This document shows, piece after piece, positions 17,915-27,159 of a DNA stretch of 35,510 bases. The DNA is taken from the NCBI GenBank assembly GCA_943788985.1, contig CALSSJ010000047.1, positions 1-35,510 of the forward strand. The letters run 5' to 3'. This DNA comes from an uncultured Lentisphaerales bacterium. GTDB lineage: Bacteria; Verrucomicrobiota; Lentisphaeria; JABSQK01; UBA12247. Each line of letters begins with the position of its first letter. Position 1 is the first letter of the stretch. The translations under genes and the position numbers were made by a program. Under the pieces are notes generated by a model. The model was not told where the DNA came from. It saw only the letters and a list, made by a program, of their open reading frames with translations, and ran no database searches.

Positions 17915-19773
17915 GCGCCCACCTTCAAGGTAGCACGGCAGCGCGCGATGCGGTTTAGATGTTCCTTGTTCCAGGCCGGCAACGCGTTGCTCGCGGTCAG
18001 ATTATCCAAGCGCGCTAACCGCGCCTGCGCACGCTGAAATTCCCCTTCCTCCAGCATGCTCTCCAGACCCGAAACCACACCCTCCACGACGATACCCACA
18101 ACGTCTTTCGGCAAGCCCGGCCCATTCGCCAGACGCGCCAACAGAGAATCAATCAAAGCCTGATAGCGCACATCGAACACTCCGTTCCACGTCACTGAAG
18201 GATGATTGCGGACCGCGTCCAGCAGCTTCAGATGTTCAATCGCCCCGGCCAGCCCGCCAGCATCGAGGCGTTGTTCGCAAGCAGCCAGGCAGCTGTCAAT
18301 CAGGTACGTGACCCGCAGTCCCAGCAGTTGCGTCCGCAACGCCCGAAACGCTGCCCGATCATCGTCCGTCATAGCCATGGCACCGTGCACTTTCGCAGGC
18401 AGTCCCCGATATGTCTGCAGCGTCTTGAACGCGTCTGCAAAATCGCCAGAGTCCATCCCCACCTTCAGACGCAGCAGCCAGCTCTCAGCCAGCGCCTGGC
18501 GTACGTCATCCGGCACCGCGCTCGCGCGACGCGTGATCGCCTCGTTGACTGTCGCCTGCACAGCCAGTGTGGCCTGCCGGCAATCCTTCCATAATAACGT
18601 CGGATCCAAACTCGCCCGTTCAGCCTCTAGAATTGCGCGTTGCGAAGTCCGCATCGCCACGATCTGCGCTTGCCCGGCATCCACAAGCCGTTGCACATCA
18701 CGCACCTCATGCATCCGCCCACCGACCAAGAGCGAGCTCAGCACCATCACCACCGCTAGCAGACCCGCGGCCAGCGGTTTCCGCCGTGCATACTTGGTCA
18801 CATGATCGTAAATCGTGCTTCGCCGCGCCGAAATCGGCTGCAAGTCAATCGCCCGTTGCACGTCCGCATGCAGCAGCTTTGCATTGTCGTAGCGGGCGTT
18901 TGGCGCCTGCGCCAGTGCCTTCCCGCAAATACTGGCGAACTCCTTCGAATCGGTAATTGGCGGAAATTCAGCAGCCTTGATCGCCGCCAGCGTCTCGCGC
19001 ACAGTTTCCTTCGCGAACGGGTGCGTGCCGGTCACAATCTCATACAAGATGATGCCGATTGCGAACACGTCCGACTGATAGCCGATACGCTTCACCATCC
19101 CCATCGCCTGCTCCGGGGACATATAGTTTGGCGTGCCCTTCGCTTGTCCGGGCTGCGTCAAGTTCAGATCTCCTTCATTCACTGCCAGCTTGCAGGTCAC
19201 CGACGCTGGCGTTTCGTCGTCCGCGTTGAAATCCTTCGCAATCCCCCAATCCATTACGTAGATCTGGTCAAACTCTTCCACCATGATGTTCTCTGGCTTG
19301 ACGTCCCGATGCGCCACGCCCTTGCTGTGCGCAAACGCCACAATCTCGCAGACACGCTCCATGATCCGCAACAACCGCCGCCGCGGCCATTCCGCCGGCT
19401 TCTCCTTCGCCTCGCGCAGAATTTCCCGTAAGGTCAACCCGTCCACGCGCTCCATCGCAAAAAACAAAGCACCGTTCAGCACGCCGATGTCATGAATCGG
19501 CACGATCCCAGGATGATGCAAGCGGGCCGTAAGCATCCCCTCGCGCAAGAATCGCTGCACGGCCAAATCCGATTTATGCTGGCCGATCAGCAAAGATTTG
19601 ATCGCCACCTGTCGCCGCAAATGCGTGTCGATCGCGAGACTAACGGTGGCCTCCCCGCCGCGGCCGATCTCATCCAACAGTCGATACCGATCCCCAGCAT
19701 CTGGTAACGTCGCCCAGCGATCGTTCTTCAGTGCGCCGAGAGGCTTTGCCCGCTTGCGTACCGTGGCTGGCAT
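17911..19773 (-). CDS. Hanks-type Ser/Thr protein kinase with one TM segment and helical C-terminal domain
   Basis: IGRGG, VAIK, HPGIVPIHD, HRDVKPENIM, DWGIAK, GTPNYMSPEQ and SDVFAIG; TM segment LAAGLLAVVMVLSSLLVGG. Confidence 0.92.
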   Translation of the reverse strand: MPATVRKRAKPLGALKNDRWATLPDAGDRYRLLDEIGRGGEATVSLAIDTHLRRQVAIKSLLIGQHKSDLAVQRFLREGMLTARLHHPGIVPIHDIGVLNGALFFAMERVDGLTLREILREAKEKPAEWPRRRLLRIMERVCEIVAFAHSKGVAHRDVKPENIMVEEFDQIYVMDWGIAKDFNADDETPASVTCKLAVNEGDLNLTQPGQAKGTPNYMSPEQAMGMVKRIGYQSDVFAIGIILYEIVTGTHPFAKETVRETLAAIKAAEFPPITDSKEFASICGKALAQAPNARYDNAKLLHADVQRAIDLQPISARRSTIYDHVTKYARRKPLAAGLLAVVMVLSSLLVGGRMHEVRDVQRLVDAGQAQIVAMRTSQRAILEAERASLDPTLLWKDCRQATLAVQATVNEAITRRASAVPDDVRQALAESWLLRLKVGMDSGDFADAFKTLQTYRGLPAKVHGAMAMTDDDRAAFRALRTQLLGLRVTYLIDSCLAACEQRLDAGGLAGAIEHLKLLDAVRNHPSVTWNGVFDVRYQALIDSLLARLANGPGLPKDVVGIVVEGVVSGLESMLEEGEFQRAQARLARLDNLTASNALPAWNKEHLNRIARCRATLKVGA

Positions 19774-20567
19774 TAGCCGGCGTCCACGAACGCTCGAACC
19801 GTTCCGATCGTGTCGGCAGCCCGCACGAAAGTTTCACCGATCAGAAAGCGTCGAATCCCAACTTTTGTGAACTCCGCAATATCCGCTGGCTGCTTCAGCC
19901 CGGATTCCGCCACGATAGCCGTGCCCTCCGGTGCCAGCTTGCTCAGCTCGAAGGTGATCTCCTGATTGGTCGAGAACGTCTTCAAGTTTCGATTATTGAT
20001 TCCCAGCAGGTCAAACTCAACGTTGGCTACAGCCCGATCAATCTCTTCGGCGGTGTGCGTTTCTGCCAGCACATCCATGCCCAGCTCCTGCGCCAACTGA
20101 GACAGCTCCCGCGCCTGCGAATCGCTGAGAATCGCCAAGATCAGCAAGACGCAGTCCGCGCCGAGCGCCCGCGATTCATACAGCTGGTATGAATCGATGA
20201 TGAAGTCCTTGCGCAGCATAGGCAGCTTCACCTGCTCTCGTACGACTGCGAAGTCCGCATCCGCGCCATAGAAGAAATGTTCGTCGGTAAGCACCGACAA
20301 CGCGGCCGCACCGCCATTTTCATACCTGCTCGCCTGCTCGGCGGCATCCAGACCCGGAAACAAAAGACCTAGCGACGGGGAACCGCGCTTCACTTCTGCG
20401 ATGATCGCAGCTTCCGTGGCAGCAGTCCGCGTGAGCGCAGTGGCAAAGCCACGGGTCGCGGGAGCCGCCTGGGCAAGCGCCAGCGTCTCCGCCGGAGACC
20501 GCTGTTGCTTCCGGTTCGCGATTTCGGTTTTCTTGTACGCGACGATTTCGTCGAGAATTGTAGTCAT
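19773..20567 (-). CDS. trpC: Indole-3-glycerol phosphate synthase
   Basis: MTTILDEIV, IIAEVKRGSPS, LSVLTDEHFF, LRKDFIID.YQ, GINNRNL, ESG and FLIGE. Confidence 0.95.
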   Translation of the reverse strand: MTTILDEIVAYKKTEIANRKQQRSPAETLALAQAAPATRGFATALTRTAATEAAIIAEVKRGSPSLGLLFPGLDAAEQASRYENGGAAALSVLTDEHFFYGADADFAVVREQVKLPMLRKDFIIDSYQLYESRALGADCVLLILAILSDSQARELSQLAQELGMDVLAETHTAEEIDRAVANVEFDLLGINNRNLKTFSTNQEITFELSKLAPEGTAIVAESGLKQPADIAEFTKVGIRRFLIGETFVRAADTIGTVRAFVDAG

Positions 20568-20666
20568 TGTGATCCCATGTGCCCAGTACGCAGTAGTGGC
20601 AATATACACGCCCCTGCTTATCTTCCGCCCCTTTTTACCGCTCTAACCCAAGCAGGTCCTCATACC

Positions 20667-21680
20667 ATGCGCACACTCCTCTTCCTCCTGGCAACCGCAA
20701 GCATTCTGTTCGCGGATTCCGTCACCACCAATGATGGCTCCATTCTGAATGGAACGCTCAGCAACTATTCCACCGATGCCGTCACCATCCAGACCGATTT
20801 CGCTGGCGCAGTCACCATTCAGCGCGCGGCGATCAAAGAGATTCGCAGCAGCGAGCAACGTTACTACCGGTTGAGCAGCGGCAACACGCTGTTGGGCGGG
20901 CTGACGATCTCTGGCGACAACAAGACCATCCAGACTGCGAACGGCGCCATGAACGTCACCAATGACACCATCTCCGCCACCTGGGGCCAGGGGGAAGACG
21001 ACCCCGCAGTAGCCGTCGTCAAAAATGCGGCCAGCCATTGGACCTACGAGGCGGCCTTTGACCTCGCCGGCAAGAGCGGCAATACCGAGAAGATGGCCGT
21101 TGGCGGCCGCCTGGCTGCCACCCTCGCAAGCCCTGAGGAAAAGCTGCTGCTGTTCATCTCTGGGAAAAACGCCGAAGAAAACGGCGAACTGACTGAGAAA
21201 GAGATCAAGGGCGGCATCGATTTCGAACGCAAGACCGTGAAGCCATTCTCATGGTACACGCGCGTCGGCATGGAGCATGATGAGATCGAGAAGCTGGACA
21301 TGCGCACCACGGCAGCTGCCGGTCTCGGCATGTATCTCATCGAAAAGGAAGATCACGAGCTGCGCGGTCGCCTCGGTCTCCAGGTCACCCACGAATCCTA
21401 CGAGACCGGGACCAACGAGACCAGCCCCGGTATCGATGTGGGCCTGTACCAGAAACTCAAGCTCGCCAGCTACGTCTTCACGACCAACGTCGAATACAAA
21501 CCTGCGTTCGAAGACTTCTCGCGCTACACCGTCGCCCATGAGAGTCACGTCGGCATTCCGCTAGCCAAGAACTGGGCAATGCGCTTGGGCGTCACTAACG
21601 ACTATAACAGCCAGCCGGCTGGCGGGACCGAAGAGCTCGACACTGGCTACTTCGCCCATCTCGTCCTGAAGTGGCAGTAA
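20667..21680 (+). CDS. DUF481/YdiY-type outer-membrane beta-barrel protein
   Basis: Signal peptide; D.V...DGS.L.G N-terminal domain; GKSGNTE; alternating beta-strand pattern; aromatic residue near the C-terminus (LKWQ). Confidence 0.8.
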   Translation: MRTLLFLLATASILFADSVTTNDGSILNGTLSNYSTDAVTIQTDFAGAVTIQRAAIKEIRSSEQRYYRLSSGNTLLGGLTISGDNKTIQTANGAMNVTNDTISATWGQGEDDPAVAVVKNAASHWTYEAAFDLAGKSGNTEKMAVGGRLAATLASPEEKLLLFISGKNAEENGELTEKEIKGGIDFERKTVKPFSWYTRVGMEHDEIEKLDMRTTAAAGLGMYLIEKEDHELRGRLGLQVTHESYETGTNETSPGIDVGLYQKLKLASYVFTTNVEYKPAFEDFSRYTVAHESHVGIPLAKNWAMRLGVTNDYNSQPAGGTEELDTGYFAHLVLKWQ

Positions 21681-21699
21681 ACACCCCCGATCACAGAGC

Positions 21700-21714
21700 T
21701 TGCGAACTCCGCAA
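21700..21714 (+). repeat. Dispersed 15-bp quasi-palindrome TTGCGAACTCCGCAA (exact copy, intergenic)
   Basis: Read directly; lies upstream of rplU. Confidence 0.85.
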
Positions 21715-21734
21715 CGCTCGCTAGATTACCCGGC

Positions 21735-21763
21735 TTGCCGCAGATCGTGGCATGCTTTTAAAC
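21735..21763 (+). promoter_or_regulatory. Putative sigma70 promoter for the rplU operon
   Basis: TTGCCG-17 nt-TAAACT; a second candidate, TTGCGA-16 nt-TAGATT, lies at 21700-21727. Confidence 0.5.
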
Positions 21764-21787
21764 TTATGAAGCCGAATGAGGAACAAC

Positions 21788-22102
21788 ATGTACGCAATTA
21801 TTGAAAGCGGCAGTAAGCAATACCGAGTTGAAACCGGTGACCAAGTAGATCTCGAATTGCTCGAATCAGCAGAAGACGGTAGCGTCGACTTCGACCGCGT
21901 CCTCGCAGTCGGGGACGGCGATGATGTAGAGTTTGGCACACCTCTTCTGGAAAACGCATCCGTAACCGGGCGTCTGATCCAAGAGGGCCGCGCCGAGAAA
22001 CTTGTCGTCTTCAAGATGAAGCGCCGCAAAGGCTATCGTAAGAAGCAAGGCCATCGCCAGAGCTTCGCACGCGTTGAGATTCTCAACATTTCCCGCGGCT
22101 GA
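21788..22102 (+). CDS. rplU: 50S ribosomal protein L21
   Basis: MYAIIESGSKQYRV, GTP and VFKMKRRKGYRKKQGHRQ; GAGG RBS. Confidence 0.97.
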   Translation: MYAIIESGSKQYRVETGDQVDLELLESAEDGSVDFDRVLAVGDGDDVEFGTPLLENASVTGRLIQEGRAEKLVVFKMKRRKGYRKKQGHRQSFARVEILNISRG

Positions 22103-22110
22103 CCCAAGGA

Positions 22111-22527
22111 ATGATTGGCTGCGCCTTCTGCGAAATTCTGCGGGGCAAAGCGGCAGCAGAGCGACTCTATGATGGCGAGCATTGTGTCGCCTTTCTGGAC
22201 GTCGCGCCTATCAATCCTGGACACGCGCTGATCGTGCCCAGAGGCCATCACGTTAGTTTGACGACGGTCCCCGCCGAAGCGCTTGCTGAGATTATGACCA
22301 TCGCTCCGCGTTTGGGGCAGGCCTTGGCGCGCGAGACCGACTGCGACGGCTTCAACCTGCATCTGGCAAATGGTACCTGTGCAGGGCAAGCTGTCCCGCA
22401 CGCCCACTTGCATGTCATCCCGCGCAGTGGTACTGATGGGTTCACTTGGAACTGGCGCACGCTCCCGCGCGACGATGCGCAGTCCGCAGAACTTACAGCA
22501 GCAATCCACAGGAGACTCGGCACGTGA
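22111..22527 (+). CDS. HIT family nucleotide hydrolase
   Basis: CAFC, AFLDVAPINPGHALIVP and AGQAVPHAHLHVIPR (HxHxH triad). Confidence 0.93.
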   Translation: MIGCAFCEILRGKAAAERLYDGEHCVAFLDVAPINPGHALIVPRGHHVSLTTVPAEALAEIMTIAPRLGQALARETDCDGFNLHLANGTCAGQAVPHAHLHVIPRSGTDGFTWNWRTLPRDDAQSAELTAAIHRRLGT

Positions 22528-22931
22528 ACCAGAACGAATACCATCGTCAGGTTTGCCGGATCGCAGGTGAAGACGGGCGCTACGAGCCCGCAGCCTTTGC
22601 TTTTGTCCAGCACGCAGTGCAATATGCTGCCACGGAAATTTCCCGCAGCACACGCGAAGACCACATTCGCGGCCAAGATCTGCTGCTGGGTATTCGCGAC
22701 CTAGCGGTCCGCCAATTCGGCCCCATGACCAAACCACTATTGAGTGAGTGGGGCATTCATGAGAGCATCGACTTCGGCCACATCGTCTTTTTGCTCGTCC
22801 AGCATAAGCTGCTGCGAGCTAGCAAGCAGGATTCGCTCGATGATTTCGCAGACGGCCTGGATTTTCACGAGGCTTTCGTCAAGGATTTTGAACCAGAGGG
22901 GAAGGTAGTCGAGCTGCCGACAATCGCATGA
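22524..22931 (+). CDS. Minf_1886 family (PVC-restricted) protein
   Basis: DGRY..AAFAFV, HIRGQDLL.G.R.LA..QFGPM, WGI.ESIDFG.IVF.LV and DSLDDF; GTGA overlap with the HIT gene. Confidence 0.85.
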   Translation: MNQNEYHRQVCRIAGEDGRYEPAAFAFVQHAVQYAATEISRSTREDHIRGQDLLLGIRDLAVRQFGPMTKPLLSEWGIHESIDFGHIVFLLVQHKLLRASKQDSLDDFADGLDFHEAFVKDFEPEGKVVELPTIA

Positions 22932-24142
22932 AAATTTTGGGTTTGGTCATCATGCTGCAAGTTTCTATGTTCAGCACATTTGCTGGCGACTTTGCTCTCG
23001 GGGTAGATGTCTTTCTGCGGGGCTACACGCAGTTAGTACAAGGCAAGAAAGTAGGCCTGATCACCAATCAGACCGGCAAGAACGCTGCTGGCCAGACCAC
23101 CATCGATCTGCTCTATGCCCATCCGGACGTGAATCTTGTCGCGCTGTTCTCCCCCGAGCATGGCATCCGTGGTGTCGTAGAAGCTGGCGAGCACGTCGAC
23201 GACGGAAAAGACTCCGGCACCGGCCTGCCCATCCATTCCCTCTATGGCGGCAGCCATCGTCCAGACGCCAAGGTGCTGGCCCAACTCGATGTCCTGATTT
23301 ACGACATCCAAGACGTGGGCAGCCGCGCCTATACCTACATCTGGACCCTGGCCGAGGCACTTGCCGCAGCGGGCGAACAGCATAAGACCGTGATCGTCCT
23401 GGACCGGCCCAACCCGCTGGCTGGCGGCGTGATCGACGGCCCCGTCACCCATGACGGCTGGGACTCATTCCTCGGTCTCTATCCGATCCCACGCGTCTAC
23501 GGCACCACCCCCGGCGAAATTGGCCGCTACTTCAATGCCGTCCACAAACTCAACTGTCGGCTCATCGTCATTCCTATGGCTGGCTATCGACGCTCCATGA
23601 CTTACGATCAGACCGGTCTGAACTGGATCGGCCCGAGCCCCAATATTCCCTCTGTGAACTCGGCCATCTGCTTCGCTGCCACCGGCACCATTGGCACGCT
23701 TGGAAACATGAACATCGGAATCGGCACTCGCTATCCCTTTCAGCTTGTCGGTGCCCCATGGCTCGATGCCCAGAAGTCTGCCGAAATCCTCAACAAGGCC
23801 AATCTTCCCGGCATAAAGTTTCTGCCCACCGAGTTCACCATGCCCACCGGTCCCTGGAAGGGCGAAGTCACCCGCGCAATTTTCCTCGGGGTTAGCGATG
23901 TTCGCAAGTTTCTGCCGTCCACCACCGAGTACGTGGTCTTGGACCACCTGCAGCGCTACTATCCAAGCCGCTTCAAATGGAATCCGGAGAAGTTTCGCGC
24001 CTTCGACGTCGCCATGGGCACCGACCGGGTCCGCAAGTGGTTGATGGCCGAGCAGGCCCCGCGGACCATGCTGAAAGCCTGGACACGCAATCAGCGCCTG
24101 TATCGTGGCGCGATCGACACCTACCGCATTTACCAAGATTGA
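22928..24142 (+). CDS. namZ: Exo-beta-N-acetylmuramidase NamZ family (DUF1343)
   Basis: VGLITNQTG, LFSPEHGIRG, SLYG, YDIQDVGSRAYTY, VLDRPNP, PSPNIP and PFQLVGAPW. Confidence 0.9.
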   Translation: MKILGLVIMLQVSMFSTFAGDFALGVDVFLRGYTQLVQGKKVGLITNQTGKNAAGQTTIDLLYAHPDVNLVALFSPEHGIRGVVEAGEHVDDGKDSGTGLPIHSLYGGSHRPDAKVLAQLDVLIYDIQDVGSRAYTYIWTLAEALAAAGEQHKTVIVLDRPNPLAGGVIDGPVTHDGWDSFLGLYPIPRVYGTTPGEIGRYFNAVHKLNCRLIVIPMAGYRRSMTYDQTGLNWIGPSPNIPSVNSAICFAATGTIGTLGNMNIGIGTRYPFQLVGAPWLDAQKSAEILNKANLPGIKFLPTEFTMPTGPWKGEVTRAIFLGVSDVRKFLPSTTEYVVLDHLQRYYPSRFKWNPEKFRAFDVAMGTDRVRKWLMAEQAPRTMLKAWTRNQRLYRGAIDTYRIYQD

Positions 24143-25530
24143 GCGACGCCCCCGAGCCACTGCCAGTCCAGATCGAGCGCCTCGCCGAAGATGGTCAGGG
24201 CATCGCCACTGTGGACGGTCGCGAGGTTCATGTGCGCGACGCCGTTCCCGGCGATCTCGTCACCCTCAGCGCAGTGCGCAAGCGCCGCAAACGCCGCCGT
24301 GAAAGCAGCATTGACGAATTACACACGGCTGGCGACGACCGCGCCACGCCACGCTGCGCGCACACCACCGATTGCGGCGGCTGCCGCCTGCAGCACGTAG
24401 CCTACGAAGCACAGCTCCGGTTCAAGGAGTGCGAACTCCGCAATCGCCTCGAGCCGCTATTTGGCCAGGACCAACCCGAATGGCGCACTATCCTCGGCTG
24501 CGACAATCCCTTCGAGTACCGCAACAAGCTCGAGTTCAGCTTCTGCGATCAGCGCTGGCTCTCCCAGCAGGACATCGACTCAGACGCCACCTTTACCCGG
24601 CTTCCAGCTGCCGGCTTTCATCCACAGGGGCAGTTCGCCAAGATTCTCCATCTCGACCGCTGCCATCTCATGCCCGCTGTAGCCGACTCGCTCCGCCTGC
24701 AGATGTACGACTACGCGATCGCGCACGAGCTCCCGTTCTACAACGTTCGCGAGAAGCACGGGATCATGCGGAACCTGATTGTGCGCCAGACCACACGCGG
24801 CGAGACTATGGCCATCGCCTCGTTTGGCGAAGACCACCCTGCCCTCGCTGGCTTGCTGGACCAGCTCGCCGCCACCGAAGGCGTCACCTCCGTACACAAG
24901 GTGATCAATCCCAAGGGCAACGACAGCATCTACGATCTGCCCCTGGAGCACACCCACGGTGAGCCGTCCATCCTCGAAGACCTCGGCGGCTCCGTCCTCT
25001 GCGTCCGGCCCAAGTCCTTTCTCCAGCCCAATTCTCGCCAGGCCCGCATCCTCTACGACGTAATTGCGGAATTCGCAAAACTCGAGGGGCACGAGAAAGT
25101 GCTGGATCTCTACTCCGGGATTGGCTCGATCAGTCTGATGATTGCCCGCCAGGCCGGGCATGTACACGGCATCGAAGAAGTCCCAGACGCGGTCCGCGAC
25201 GCAAACGAGAACGCGGCCCGCAACGAGATCGAGAACATCTCATTTGCCACCGCCAAGGTCGAAAGCGTGTTGGCAGATCATACTGACAACGTAGACCTTG
25301 TAATCTGCGATCCGCCCCGTGCCGGCATCCATCCCGCGGCCATTCGCGCCATGATACAGCTCGCCGCTCCGCGCATCATCTACGTGAGCTGCAACCCCAA
25401 ATCACTTGCGCGCGACCTGCAGGCCCTATCCCTGCACTACCGCTGCGTACGCGTTCAGCCCGTCGATATGTTCCCCCACACGCTGCACCTCGAGACCGTC
25501 GTCGAGCTGGTGAAGCGCGAGCTTACCTGA
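24139..25530 (+). CDS. rlmD: 23S rRNA (uracil-C5)-methyltransferase RlmD/RumA
   Basis: TRAM domain, C...CGGC Fe-S motif, YRNKLEFSF, LDLYSGIGSI, DPPRAG, YVSCNP and QPVDMFPHT.H.E; TTGA overlap start at 24139. Confidence 0.92.
   Translation: MSDAPEPLPVQIERLAEDGQGIATVDGREVHVRDAVPGDLVTLSAVRKRRKRRRESSIDELHTAGDDRATPRCAHTTDCGGCRLQHVAYEAQLRFKECELRNRLEPLFGQDQPEWRTILGCDNPFEYRNKLEFSFCDQRWLSQQDIDSDATFTRLPAAGFHPQGQFAKILHLDRCHLMPAVADSLRLQMYDYAIAHELPFYNVREKHGIMRNLIVRQTTRGETMAIASFGEDHPALAGLLDQLAATEGVTSVHKVINPKGNDSIYDLPLEHTHGEPSILEDLGGSVLCVRPKSFLQPNSRQARILYDVIAEFAKLEGHEKVLDLYSGIGSISLMIARQAGHVHGIEEVPDAVRDANENAARNEIENISFATAKVESVLADHTDNVDLVICDPPRAGIHPAAIRAMIQLAAPRIIYVSCNPKSLARDLQALSLHYRCVRVQPVDMFPHTLHLETVVELVKRELT
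25064..25078. repeat. Dispersed 15-bp quasi-palindrome variant TTGCGGAATTCGCAA
   Basis: Read directly; lies inside rlmD (I-A-E-F-A-K). Confidence 0.8.
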
Positions 25531-25627
25531 CGGCCCAACGCAGCCATTTCTAGCGTCGCGTTGATTTGACCGGCCTATTCACCTCTGCCCTTGTCCGCGA
25601 CGACTCAACACTAGGAGGATCCCCGGC

Positions 25628-26539
25628 GTGACCTCAAATGTTGGCATCGGCATGCTTTACGGCTTTGGTGCGGCCATGGCCATCTCCGTGAGCTACATCC
25701 TCTCGCGGACCTTTGTGCGCCAGCCGGCTCGCTCGCCCCTGCAACTACTTATCCTCGCCCATGTAATCATGGGTATCTTCTCCCTCGCCCTGCTGCCGTG
25801 GACCTGGTCTGTGCCAGTTGGTGGCTGGGCCAGCGCTTGGCTCGCGGCCACCAGCGCTGCCCTCTTCTACCTGGCCGCGCAAGCGCTGCTGTTCTATATC
25901 CTGCGGGAAACTAGCGCGAGTAACATTGCGCCCCTACTGGGCTTGAAGATTGGGATCGCGGCGCTGATCGGCCTGGCACTCGGCAACACGCTTACCGGCC
26001 AGCAGTGGCTGGCGGTACTACTCACCCTAGTAGCTGCACTCCTTCTACGCAACAGCGCCGAAGGCGTCACCCTGCGGCTGATAGGCCTAGCCCTGGCGAC
26101 CTGTGGACTCTACTGCGGATCCGACTACAGCATCGGTGCGGTTATGGAGGCCTTTGGGGCTGCCCCGAACATCCGAACCGTCCTTTTCGCGGTCACTCTC
26201 CCCTACTTGGTCTGTGGGGCCCTTGCCTGTGCGGGGTTTGGGATCATTCGTCGCGCCACCAAGCGCGAGTGGCACCATGCGCTCGCCTATGCCAGTGCTT
26301 GGTACGCCGGCATGATTGGCCTCTTCGGCGCCATCAGCTACATCGGCGTGGTCTTTGGCATCATGATGCAGTCCACCCGCGGCATCATCACGGTCCTACT
26401 CGGAATCGTGCTCGTGGCTGTAGGAGTTGCCGCCGACGAGGGTACGCCCAGCGTCCAGACACGCTGCCGACAACTGATCGCCGCGGTTCTCATGATCACA
26501 GCCATCGCCCTCTACCAGAGCGGCCTCACACCTGCCTGA
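25628..26539 (+). CDS. EamA/DMT superfamily membrane transporter
   Basis: About 10 hydrophobic helices in two repeats; AS.IAPLLGLKI; AGGAGG RBS. Confidence 0.8.
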   Translation: MTSNVGIGMLYGFGAAMAISVSYILSRTFVRQPARSPLQLLILAHVIMGIFSLALLPWTWSVPVGGWASAWLAATSAALFYLAAQALLFYILRETSASNIAPLLGLKIGIAALIGLALGNTLTGQQWLAVLLTLVAALLLRNSAEGVTLRLIGLALATCGLYCGSDYSIGAVMEAFGAAPNIRTVLFAVTLPYLVCGALACAGFGIIRRATKREWHHALAYASAWYAGMIGLFGAISYIGVVFGIMMQSTRGIITVLLGIVLVAVGVAADEGTPSVQTRCRQLIAAVLMITAIALYQSGLTPA

Positions 26540-26639
26540 GCGCGCAGTAGGACGAGTCTCCGTGCTCGTCACTCCATCGGTTTTTGGTCAGGCACGGGAG
26601 AGCCGTTCTCCCGGCAGCAGCAATCCTTGCCGCTGCACC

Positions 26640-26870
26640 CTACGCTTCAGGCGGGAAATTATAGCCCGAGTTCTCGTTTTTTGGCGGATCCATCATCAGC
26701 TCTGCGCCTTTCAGCAGGCGGCAAAACTGCTTCTTGGTCACGGTTTGGCGCTTGCCGTCCCGGGACGCAAGATCCTCCATTTCCTTGTATGTCACAGACA
26801 GGCGTTCCAGCTGCACGATGCAGAGGTAGTACTCGTCCTTCTTCCAGATCTGGTTTTGATGTAATCTCAT
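26640..26870 (-). CDS. Small hypothetical protein (76 aa)
   Basis: MRLHQNQIWKKDEYYLCIVQLERLSVTYKEM...VTKKQFCRLLKGA. It resembles short conserved proteins I recall from Verrucomicrobia (unverified). Confidence 0.6.
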   Translation of the reverse strand: MRLHQNQIWKKDEYYLCIVQLERLSVTYKEMEDLASRDGKRQTVTKKQFCRLLKGAELMMDPPKNENSGYNFPPEA

Positions 26871-26967
26871 GTGAGTCAGGCGATCCTGTTTCTTTCGGGT
26901 AACGTGGTAAAGCTGTCGATACGAGACACGACAAAGCGAAAGGTGCAAGTCGGACACACCGACTGGT

Positions 26968-27061
26968 GTGAAGGGTAAAGGGCGAAGGCGGAAAGTCTCA
27001 CCTCATGTCGGCAGGCAATGCCTGCCCTTTCACACTTCTCCCTTCTCACCTAAAACTTCCC
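26968..27061. repeat. Degenerate heptamer-array inverted repeat enclosing a perfect palindrome
   Basis: Left arm GTGAAGG-GTAAAGG-GCGAAGG-CGGAAAG; core GGCAGGCA-A-TGCCTGCC (27010-27026); right arm CTTTCAC-ACTTCTC-CCTTCTC-ACCTAAA-ACTTCCC. Confidence 0.65.
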
Positions 27062-27159
27062 CTAGGTGCCTCGTTGAGAGCATTGCCAAGGAAGCCAGGC
27101 AAGCCAGTGCGTCCGCGTCGTCCCCAGTTGCCAAAGCAACTCGCATGACGATGTTTTGA

